From a virus (Duplodnaviria > Caudoviricetes), in the IMG/VR virus record IMGVR_UViG_3300017719_000004, positions 1 to 64,000 of that record: a DNA stretch of 64,000 bases; one strand, written 5' to 3'. The position numbers were made by a program, and so were the translations under genes. The notes beneath the pieces were generated by a model, which was not told where the DNA came from, ran no database searches, and saw only the letters and a program-made list of their open reading frames with translations. Shown here piece by piece: positions 9,603-17,383 of this stretch. Numbering within the stretch: the first letter of the stretch is position 1; each line of letters opens with the position of its first letter.

Positions 9603-9619
9603 AATTTTTTATTCGGTTA

Positions 9620-10654
9620 TCAGTAGTCCGAGATATCTACCAATTTAAAAGAATTAATGTTGTGATTGTCATGGATCTGAGGGATCGCTCCAGCAATAGT
9701 GTATGGTGCAGGATCAGCTACTTTGATCTCTACAGCAGACTGTGCCCTATTTACCATAGCAAATGAAGATGTGTAGTAATACTGGAGGTTTACTGCAAAT
9801 TCAGAAATATACCTCCGAGCTTTAGTACCAGTCTTAGCGTTGGTGTAAAGGATGATGGTTGCTGTGGACTTGTTCTTAGAAAAGTGTGGAAGCAAGTGCT
9901 GACACCATGCCCTCATAGCATAAGTTGGATTGTCAACCGATAGGAGAATATAATCTCCCTTTACATAACCGGCTTTTGCCAACCAAGTTTGCCAATCTTC
10001 ACGACTCCTAACAACAGTGATTCCACCAGATGTACCTTCTTCCAAGACATCATCAAGGATTTTGTTGACAATCTTGGTTATGGCACCTCCACGAGGAGAG
10101 AAGAAGCTCTCAGCTTGCAGTTCATTGTAAACGAGGTCTTCTACTGCAGATCTCTCTGGCAAGCATTCTCCAGCATTAACACAAGCAATCCCTGCCATAA
10201 TAAAATCGTTAATGCATACCCCAGTGGATGCAGGACGCTGCTGACAGGCAAGAGAATTGGAAATGTAGCTAGTGATTGGACTACCGTTGTCATCGTATGA
10301 GAAGATAGCAACAATAATCCACCTCTCTCCAGCACGCTTTGCTGCAAGGATACGAGTCCTACCGTCTCTAGGACGATTGTCAGTACCAATACAAGGGGGG
10401 AAATCGTTATAAAGCCATCCATAGTTAATATATGAAACTTGCATTGCTTCAATCCGAGAGGTATTGTTCTGATCATCCCGGACAGCAAGGTTCCAATAAT
10501 ACTCATCCTCTTCATCGACGGTATCGAGATCAAGGAAAGAAAACTTGATGAATGTTGCGTTTTTTTGCTTAGGCTTGGGTAGGTTCTTTAACTGTGGATT
10601 TTCGAGATCCAGGATATCGCCAAAACCTTTTCTGGTGCGTTCTGTGTTAGTCAT
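9620..10654 (-). CDS. Hypothetical 344-aa protein with a ParB/Sulfiredoxin-like N-terminal motif
   Basis: SY..YGW....PPCI.....RDGRTRILAAKRAG..WIIVAIF matches the ParB/Srx 'DG.xR..A' motif. Confidence 0.6.
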   Translation of the reverse strand: MTNTERTRKGFGDILDLENPQLKNLPKPKQKNATFIKFSFLDLDTVDEEDEYYWNLAVRDDQNNTSRIEAMQVSYINYGWLYNDFPPCIGTDNRPRDGRTRILAAKRAGERWIIVAIFSYDDNGSPITSYISNSLACQQRPASTGVCINDFIMAGIACVNAGECLPERSAVEDLVYNELQAESFFSPRGGAITKIVNKILDDVLEEGTSGGITVVRSREDWQTWLAKAGYVKGDYILLSVDNPTYAMRAWCQHLLPHFSKNKSTATIILYTNAKTGTKARRYISEFAVNLQYYYTSSFAMVNRAQSAVEIKVADPAPYTIAGAIPQIHDNHNINSFKLVDISDY

Positions 10655-10726
10655 TAATTCTTTAGATAAAAATCTACGGTTGTACCGTTAGGTGTCTCGA
10701 TAGCGAAAACTGTTGAGACATTATAT

Positions 10727-10805
10727 TTAGTAGGTTCCTATCGCCGCTACTCCTGAACCTACTAAGGGGAGTACCGCAGTCAAGGTGGTCTCCCTCCCTG
10801 ACCTC
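10727..10805 (-). ncRNA. Structured leader RNA: GNRA hairpin followed by interleaved stems (pseudoknot or switch)
   Basis: GUCAGGG..GG-GAGA-CC..CCUUGAC hairpin. UACUCC/GGAGUA (10768-73/10748-53) interleaves with an 11-bp perfect UUAGUAGGUUC/GAACCUACUAA pairing (10755-65/10727-37). Confidence 0.55.
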
Positions 10806-10808
10806 CAT

Positions 10809-10842
10809 ATTATACACCATTAAAAAAGGGGCGTCAAGCCCC
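10809..10842 (-). promoter_or_regulatory. Sigma70-type promoter TTGACG-N17-TATAAT overlapping terminator GGGGC-TTGAC-GCCCC-T6
   Basis: -35 at 10832-10837, -10 at 10809-10814; hairpin 10828-10842 plus T-tract 10822-10827. Confidence 0.75.
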
Positions 10843-10906
10843 CTATCTACTTTGGTAGCGAATCCGTCGTAGAGAGTCGCGCACGAAAGAGCGACGATCT
10901 ATTTAT
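10822..10906 (-). ncRNA. Candidate ~70-75-nt small RNA between late promoter ATAAATA (10900-10906) and a terminator
   Basis: No convincing ORF; GC-rich; GUCGC..UUUC..GCGAC and CUAC-CAAA-GUAG hairpins; bounded by promoter and terminator. Confidence 0.5.
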
Positions 10907-11346
10907 TAACCTTCTTCGCCTTCAACTTTAACCTTACGACCAATGTTATACTTAGTCTCTAAAGCCCAATTCCCTTTATCTTTGTAGGATAAAACTTTAA
11001 TCTGATTCAAAGGAGCAATATCCTCAATCATTTCAGCCACAACTACAGAAATTAATCCCCAATCAGCAAGGAGTTGTGTAATTCTATTACGGCGTTGAAC
11101 ATCATTAACAGTAAGATTTGCTTTCTTGCCATCAAGAGCAAACAATTCTTTAAAGTGAACAATGAAATATCTACCTTGCTTATGTAAGATATGACAAGAC
11201 TGATATAATTTTTTTTCTTTACGAGATGCAACACCGATTCTAGTCAGAGTTTCTCGCACTTTTAAAAAATCGTCAGGTTCTCCTAGGACAACCTCAATCA
11301 TGTTCTCAGGCGACCACTCAACGGTCGGCTCAATAACGACGCTCAT
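10906..11346 (-). CDS. regA: Translational repressor RegA
   Basis: PDDFLKVRETLTRIGVAS..EKKLYQSCHILHKQGRYFIVHFKELFALDGK. Likely start MSVVIEP at 11346; CTAAATA at 11370-11376. Confidence 0.96.
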   Translation of the reverse strand: MSVVIEPTVEWSPENMIEVVLGEPDDFLKVRETLTRIGVASRKEKKLYQSCHILHKQGRYFIVHFKELFALDGKKANLTVNDVQRRNRITQLLADWGLISVVVAEMIEDIAPLNQIKVLSYKDKGNWALETKYNIGRKVKVEGEEG

Positions 11347-11368
11347 GTCACAAAACAAAAACTTTTTA

Positions 11369-12232
11369 TTATTTAGCTAAACTTCTTTTGATGTCCTCTA
11401 ATGCAGGTTTTAAAGTATCGTATACATTTCTATATGCCATCGTATTAATAGTTCTCTTATACCAAAACTCATCTAACTTACAGTCTTTACCTGTAAAATC
11501 TTCATAGATTCCTAGAAAGACACTAAAGATATCCCATTGACTGTGTGGAAAATATTGTGGAGATAGGCAAACAAAGATATGATCATACTCATAATTACCA
11601 TGATCATATTCTTCTGCCGTAGCAAATCCCCAGTCAGCATACTTACCAACATTATTACAAATAAATCTGTTCACAATACTTCTAGTATCATACTCATCTT
11701 TATCATTATTATGAATCCATGTCATAGCCTTCAATTTTCCTAAAGCATGTAAGTATCCTCCCCAACTACCCTCATCAACTTTCCCATAAGTTTTAGCATA
11801 ATGATATTCAATGAGGTGACATGACAAGAACTGCAACCAAGTGTCCTCATCATCATCATCATTTTTTCCTGATTTATCATGATTAGTGAGTTGATCTAAG
11901 TATGCACCTGCCAGAAAATCATCATGGTGATCAATATTAACAATTTCCAGATCTTCTTTGTCAAGAAGTTCTTCGAGAATATAATCATGATCTAGTCCAA
12001 ATGCAACTGTTGCATTTGGATTTGCATACAGAGCCTTAGTAAAAGTCTCAACCATATAATCAAAACACTTTTCATCTACGATCTCTTCTCTACAATTTAG
12101 ATCAGGATAGGTCTTAAAATAATTTTCCCACTTTGTAAAAGCATGCCACTCATCCCAAAGTTCACCATTTTCATTAGGCCATTTCTCAATAGCAGGAAAA
12201 CAATAATCAACATCAATGCTAAGAACTTTCAT
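11369..12232 (-). CDS. UPF0489/arginase-deacetylase-fold-like metalloprotein
   Basis: VLSIDVDY, HDYI, NIDHHDD, DEGSW and FVCLSPQYFP motifs. Confidence 0.6.
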   Translation of the reverse strand: MKVLSIDVDYCFPAIEKWPNENGELWDEWHAFTKWENYFKTYPDLNCREEIVDEKCFDYMVETFTKALYANPNATVAFGLDHDYILEELLDKEDLEIVNIDHHDDFLAGAYLDQLTNHDKSGKNDDDDEDTWLQFLSCHLIEYHYAKTYGKVDEGSWGGYLHALGKLKAMTWIHNNDKDEYDTRSIVNRFICNNVGKYADWGFATAEEYDHGNYEYDHIFVCLSPQYFPHSQWDIFSVFLGIYEDFTGKDCKLDEFWYKRTINTMAYRNVYDTLKPALEDIKRSLAK

Positions 12233-12606
12233 TTGATACCACCCGTATCCAATTTTTTACGAATAAAGTTTATTTGTTCTGAAGTCAGAATCTTTAAAGC
12301 TTGTTGTGCTTTTTCATTACTATAACCGTAATATTTTTTTACTAACTCAAGATCAACAATCTTGTCTTGCCGCAACCAAGGAGAGAATCTTTTCTTCTTC
12401 CTGATGCTATGTAGTAGGAATTGGTACTGCATATCTTTAGATAAATGAGCGTTCTTATTCATCTCATTTGCAAATAAGATTGCATCCAAATGTCCAGAGA
12501 GACAGCGGTTTATGATGTAAGGAGGATACTTTTTAATATCTTCAGGGTCCTCACTCAGATCTTCTTTGGTGAGGTTAATGGAATTAAGCCAGTCTTTTAA
12601 TTCCAT
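12229..12606 (-). CDS. 62: Clamp loader small subunit (T4 gp62)
   Basis: ELKDWLNSIN..K, YPPYIINRCLS, ANEMN, RFSPW, YYGYSNEKA. Confidence 0.95.
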   Translation of the reverse strand: MELKDWLNSINLTKEDLSEDPEDIKKYPPYIINRCLSGHLDAILFANEMNKNAHLSKDMQYQFLLHSIRKKKRFSPWLRQDKIVDLELVKKYYGYSNEKAQQALKILTSEQINFIRKKLDTGGIK

Positions 12607-14300
12607 AACAAATAATTTCCAATAACGAGATAATCAATATCCATTTTTTTAAAAGAGGAAATGGCATCCTCTGGAGTCTCAATGATTGGTTCTCCACTTT
12701 GATTGAACGAGGTATTCAACAATACTGGTGGTTCAAGTTTAGAAAGAAGTTGATAGATTTTAGCATTCTGTTGCTCATTTACAGTTTGAATTCTACATGA
12801 CTTATCCTTATGAGTAATTGCAGGAAGTTTTTTAGTGATGGAAGTTTGCGAGTACAACATATACGGACTCACAAAACCAGGATCAAAGTACTCACCAACT
12901 TTTTCTTCTAGCATTATACCAGCAAAAGGACGCCAGGTCTCTCTCTTTTTAACCCTATCATTCAGAATATCTTTGTTTTCAGATCTCTTAGGACTCATCA
13001 ACAATGATCTAGATCCCAAAGACCTAGGACCATATTCTGACCTGCCTTGGAACCAACCAACGATCTTATCATCATCCAATTCTTTTGCTAGGAATTCACA
13101 GAGATCATCAAAATTATCATAATGCTTACAATTTTTTTCTTCTGGAACAAAGTCATCATAAGAGTTACCTAGTAGTGCAATGTTATGTGGCAACTCAATA
13201 GTTTCTTTAGATCTATAAACACCCCAAGCTGCTGCACCAAAATGAATTCCAGAGTCATTAGTAAACGGAGGAATATGAATATTACGGAACAATGGTTTCA
13301 GTATAGTATTTGCACATACATTAAGGAAAGTTCCTCCAGCAAAACAATTATCTTCTTCTAGATAGTCTTTTTTTAATTCATGAATAAGATACTCAAGACT
13401 TTTTTCAAACCAAAACTGAACATAGTATGCTTTATCCTCTACAGTTCCCTTCAGATTATTATACAACATTTCATAATCATAGAAATGCACTTCTGGCATT
13501 CCAGTTTCCCAACGATCAATATCAAAATTAGATGTAGGAAACAAGGTAGATATGCATGTGGGAGGTCCTTGCCCTTCTAACAATTTACCATAAGCTGACA
13601 ATCCCATGATCTTACCTTCTTTTGGAGTTACATCAAAGTTTTGAGCAAACTGAATATTTTCTACTACCTCAGGTTTCAATTTAGACTCTTGCTGCATCAA
13701 TTCTTTATGCTTATCATCATAAATCATCTGAGACATATTACAATAGAACTCACCAAATGAGTTCATACCTAGATCACCAGTTCCCCTAAAAAATCTAAAG
13801 ATGCGTTTGCTCTTATCAAAATATCCAATACTATTATTCTCACCACCACGAGGGTGACCACTAGCAAAATCCCAAATCCCACTACCAAGTCCATCAAGAG
13901 TTAAGAAACTACCACTATTGAAAGGTGAAGAAAAGACTGTAGACGCTGCATGGCAAAGATGATGTGACAATAACCAAATCTCAGCATTAGGAAACTGTTC
14001 CTTAATCATCCTACTGCAAGTACCATCTACAAGCTGTTTCTGAAATATATCAGGATAAGCTATAGGGTAACAAACAACATCAATTTCTTCTTTTGTATAT
14101 CCACCAAGAACATATTCAATAGACTTATATGGAAAATTACCGTCATCTTTAATACGAGTCAATCTTTCTTCATTAATGCTTCTAATATGAATTCCATTGA
14201 TAAACAGAGTTGCTCCTGCATCATGAATATAAGTATCACTTTTGTCAAAAAGATTTGCATCCCAATCTAAGGCACCATAGATTCCAATAATTTTCATCAA
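12597..14300 (-). CDS. Carbamoyltransferase (NodU/CmcH/TobZ family)
   Basis: HDAGA, EERLTRIK, HHLCHAAS, DGLG, EGKIMGLSAYG, AGGTFLN, NDSG, GWFQGRSEYGPRSLGSRS, LNTSFN..GEPI. Confidence 0.92.
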   Translation of the reverse strand: MMKIIGIYGALDWDANLFDKSDTYIHDAGATLFINGIHIRSINEERLTRIKDDGNFPYKSIEYVLGGYTKEEIDVVCYPIAYPDIFQKQLVDGTCSRMIKEQFPNAEIWLLSHHLCHAASTVFSSPFNSGSFLTLDGLGSGIWDFASGHPRGGENNSIGYFDKSKRIFRFFRGTGDLGMNSFGEFYCNMSQMIYDDKHKELMQQESKLKPEVVENIQFAQNFDVTPKEGKIMGLSAYGKLLEGQGPPTCISTLFPTSNFDIDRWETGMPEVHFYDYEMLYNNLKGTVEDKAYYVQFWFEKSLEYLIHELKKDYLEEDNCFAGGTFLNVCANTILKPLFRNIHIPPFTNDSGIHFGAAAWGVYRSKETIELPHNIALLGNSYDDFVPEEKNCKHYDNFDDLCEFLAKELDDDKIVGWFQGRSEYGPRSLGSRSLLMSPKRSENKDILNDRVKKRETWRPFAGIMLEEKVGEYFDPGFVSPYMLYSQTSITKKLPAITHKDKSCRIQTVNEQQNAKIYQLLSKLEPPVLLNTSFNQSGEPIIETPEDAISSFKKMDIDYLVIGNYLLWN

Positions 14301-15127
14301 CCCACCTCATAATTCATAAGTACTAATTCTTTACGCTCTTGCTGCTCTTTCATGTACTCACCAACAGAACGCATCGTATAAGTCAGATCAAACTCTGCAG
14401 CATTCCAGTCTTTGAAGCGATGCTTAATAAGCTGACTAGAATTGTAACTGACAAGAGAGTCAAATGAATTAAAATTGCAATCCGAAGCGAATTTGTCATG
14501 GTCAAATCCTTTATGCATTGATCCTTTTTTGCCATATAAATTATCCTTAATTTCGTATGGTGGATCTAGATACATGAATATATCCCTCTCAGAACTCTCA
14601 TCCATAAGATAATCATAGGGATGATTTGTGATAGACCAGTCCTTAATTAGTTCAGAAAATACTGGAAGTTTATCAATACCTCTGAAACTAAAATTACTAT
14701 CCGAAGCTTGTTTAGAGAAAGAAGATGATTCAGTAAGACCACTGAAGGAACATTTATTTATGACATAAAAACTAACAGCTCGATGAAAGTTATCTTTCCC
14801 ATCATTAAGATAATCTTTTGATTCAAGAAACAAAGACTTTGCACTAGCATGGTCAACATGACGATGCTTGAGTTGATTCAACTCATTACGCATCTCAATA
14901 CCAGATGACTGTAGATGTTGCCAAAAGTTTACCAGAGGCTCATAAAGATCACTAACCCATACTGCAGTGTTAGGGTATCTCTTAGTCCATTCAATAGCAA
15001 CAGATCCACCTCCCAAGAAGGGTTCGCGAAACTCATCGTATGATTTATCTGGCAGATAAGCAAACAATTTTTGCACTGCTCTAGATTTGCCGCCAGGGTA
15101 TCTTAATGGAGTTTTATAGGATTTCAT
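14297..15127 (-). CDS. dam: Dam-like N6-adenine DNA methyltransferase (D12 class)
   Basis: LRYPGGKS, EPFLGGGSV, YLDPPY. Specificity is not determined from sequence. Confidence 0.88.
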   Translation of the reverse strand: MKSYKTPLRYPGGKSRAVQKLFAYLPDKSYDEFREPFLGGGSVAIEWTKRYPNTAVWVSDLYEPLVNFWQHLQSSGIEMRNELNQLKHRHVDHASAKSLFLESKDYLNDGKDNFHRAVSFYVINKCSFSGLTESSSFSKQASDSNFSFRGIDKLPVFSELIKDWSITNHPYDYLMDESSERDIFMYLDPPYEIKDNLYGKKGSMHKGFDHDKFASDCNFNSFDSLVSYNSSQLIKHRFKDWNAAEFDLTYTMRSVGEYMKEQQERKELVLMNYEVG

Positions 15128-16068
15128 TTAAAGTTACACTCTACCATAATTTCAGTTAATGCTGCGAGAAGATTAATCTCCTGATCAGCTACGAACGCAA
15201 TTTGATATTGATACTTAGCAATAATGAGCACAGCAGCAGCAATGCTAGGACCGTCCAAGGATGGAACAAGAGCGTCATACACACGACGAAGAAGTACACT
15301 AGAATCGTTGTCCAGATTAGAAACGACCCACTTCCTAACCGCCTGAAAATCTTTGTTCTTAAGTTTTTGAATAAGGTCATTTACTTTTACATCTCCAAAT
15401 TCAGCAAGGATAGCTGAGTCAATTTTACCACCAACAGAGTATCTTTGACACTCATTTAATACACGACGCCAATCAGGGAAGTGCTTGTTAATAAGTTCTA
15501 GAAGAACCTTTTGATCATAGTCAACATTTTCTGTCTCAAGTATAGCCCTGAGACGGTTGAAGAATTCTGCTGCAATTGCTGGTTTTTTATTTCCGGTGAT
15601 TCCAAACTCAATGACTGCACATCTGGAGTGGAGTGGGTCGATGAGTGTGTTTTTGTAGTTACAGGTAAAGATGAATCTGCAATTGTTATAAAATGCCTCA
15701 ATGTTTGCCCTAAGGAGGAGCTGTACATCATGGGTTGTGTTATCAGCTTCGTCAATGATGATGACTTTGTGGTTAGCATCTGACGAAAGTGATACGGTCG
15801 AAGCAAAGTTCTTTGCTTGATTCCGCACCGTGTCAAGAAATCTTCCTTCATCGGATCCATTTATAATTATGTAGTCACAATTAAGTTGCTCACACAGAGC
15901 ACGAGCTATAGTAGTTTTACCACAACCAGCAGGACCGGCAAGAAGAAGATTGGGAATCTCCCCCTGCTTAAGAAACTCACTGAAAGTTTTTTTAGTAGAC
16001 TCAGGAAGGATACACTCATCAATAGTTTTAGGACGATATTTTTCGACCCAAAGAAATTCATTACGCAT
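15124..16068 (-). CDS. 44: Clamp loader large subunit (T4 gp44)
   Basis: LWVEKYRP, GPAGCGKTT, IIIDEAD, LHSRC. Confidence 0.96.
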   Translation of the reverse strand: MRNEFLWVEKYRPKTIDECILPESTKKTFSEFLKQGEIPNLLLAGPAGCGKTTIARALCEQLNCDYIIINGSDEGRFLDTVRNQAKNFASTVSLSSDANHKVIIIDEADNTTHDVQLLLRANIEAFYNNCRFIFTCNYKNTLIDPLHSRCAVIEFGITGNKKPAIAAEFFNRLRAILETENVDYDQKVLLELINKHFPDWRRVLNECQRYSVGGKIDSAILAEFGDVKVNDLIQKLKNKDFQAVRKWVVSNLDNDSSVLLRRVYDALVPSLDGPSIAAAVLIIAKYQYQIAFVADQEINLLAALTEIMVECNFK

Positions 16069-16210
16069 GTTCTTTTTTCACCAAAGTAAATGAGTTGTCA
16101 TCATTAGGAATCCATTCTAACAAATCCCCTTCTTTCCATCCAATCTCTTCAAGAAACTTTTCGGGGAATGTTAGAATTCCGTTTTCATCAACGGTCAAAG
16201 TAGTTTTCAT
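16061..16210 (-). CDS. Small AbrB/MazE-like (swapped-hairpin) protein, 49 aa
   Basis: Manual translation MKTTLTVDENGILTFPEKFLEEIGWKEGDLLEWIPNDDNSFTLVKKEHA; not in the track. Confidence 0.6.
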   Translation of the reverse strand: MKTTLTVDENGILTFPEKFLEEIGWKEGDLLEWIPNDDNSFTLVKKEHA

Positions 16211-16362
16211 TGAGAATAATTAATAACAAATTTATCTTTTAAGTGCCAGTGAATATCATCATGCACTTGTTGCATTGCATTGTGTTTGATTGCCCAGTAA
16301 TCATCATCCTCGTTGATGAGGACAGTGACTTGGGTTTTCACATCAACCCTAATTGCTTTCAT
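16207..16362 (-). CDS. Hypothetical protein, 51 aa
   Basis: MKAIRVDVKTQVTVLINEDDDYWAIKHNAMQQVHDDIHWHLKDKFVINYSQ; start and stop overlap both neighbours. Confidence 0.6.
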   Translation of the reverse strand: MKAIRVDVKTQVTVLINEDDDYWAIKHNAMQQVHDDIHWHLKDKFVINYSQ

Positions 16363-16874
16363 TACACCCACTCAGGTTTACGGTTGGGGAGACGAAGATA
16401 ATTATCGCACACCCATGGTTTAGATGCAACATACATCTTATATTTGTCAAAGATGGATATTGAAGTGTCAAGCTTGAACTCATCAGGTCCTGCAAAGACA
16501 AAAGGAGTGTGATCATCCCACTTCACATAAGGAATGATCTCGTCAGCAGCAAGGAGAGTCCTATAGCAGGTATGGTTTTTTCCATACCGATTGTAATACT
16601 CGTCACATAATGCAACACCATGCTCAAGCAACCAGCGAGCATTTGCTATAGTCTCGTTTGCCCACTTAGTGCAGGGGTGATTACGGAACGCTCCTTTCTC
16701 TGTAGCATAGGCGTTGCCATCTGCCTTAGGCAAAGTACCATAACCATGGCCCCACTTGTCTGAGGCGACTATAGCGAGCATCTGGCAGGTCTCCAGAGGC
16801 ATCTTGACAATGTGCTTGTCGGGTAGAACCTCAGCAGACTTGTGAGGAGATTCATCCGTAACAAAGATATTCAT
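16362..16874 (-). CDS. denV: Pyrimidine-dimer DNA glycosylase / endonuclease V-like protein
   Basis: MNIFVTD..P..SA..LPDKHIVKMPLETCQML, NHPCTKW. Confidence 0.75.
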   Translation of the reverse strand: MNIFVTDESPHKSAEVLPDKHIVKMPLETCQMLAIVASDKWGHGYGTLPKADGNAYATEKGAFRNHPCTKWANETIANARWLLEHGVALCDEYYNRYGKNHTCYRTLLAADEIIPYVKWDDHTPFVFAGPDEFKLDTSISIFDKYKMYVASKPWVCDNYLRLPNRKPEWV

Positions 16875-17383
16875 ACCAAATTAAACGAGATAATGACCCT
16901 TTCTTCTATACTATCATGTGGAGGAGCCATGTGCATCAGGTTAGAAGGGAAGATTATTAAATCACCTTCTTTGCATGCAATGGAATTACATGCATGAGTT
17001 CCAGTCTCGTCATTGAACGGAGAAAAGAAAAGAGTGCCTGAGTGATCCTCAGACATTTTAGCATAAAAAACACAAGAGTACCCTAGAGCCCCATGATCAT
17101 GGGGGACATGATAATCTCTTGCGTTATACCTCTGACACCACATATTAGAGATGCCAGTAAATTTATAAAATGATATCTTACAGAATTCTTGTAGGTATGG
17201 TTCTAATATTTTAAAAATATTTTCCTTGTACTTAGCATCAGTCTCTTCAAAATAATCTGTAAATCCAATATGCTTTTCTGCATCATTTGAAGAAGGGATG
17301 GAAAGGAGAATGCTCTCCTTAACCTGTTCCCATTCTCTAATAAAATATTGAGTTACAGAAATCTTAAACAGATCAACCTTCGT
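16871..17383 (-). CDS. 2OG-Fe(II) oxygenase-like protein (start uncertain)
   Basis: WCQRY...YHVPHDHG..GYSCVFY...EGDLIIFPSNLMH...ERVIISFN. Confidence 0.75.
   Translation of the reverse strand, partial: TKVDLFKISVTQYFIREWEQVKESILLSIPSSNDAEKHIGFTDYFEETDAKYKENIFKILEPYLQEFCKISFYKFTGISNMWCQRYNARDYHVPHDHGALGYSCVFYAKMSEDHSGTLFFSPFNDETGTHACNSIACKEGDLIIFPSNLMHMAPPHDSIEERVIISFNLV

Noticed and set aside
10727-10781. HDV-like/theta, hammerhead, twister or pistol ribozyme assignment for the pseudoknot
   Set aside because: There is no P3/L3 between the P2 5' strand and P1 3' strand, no CUGAUGA/GAAA core, and no match to the other consensus cores as I recall them, so it is left unassigned.
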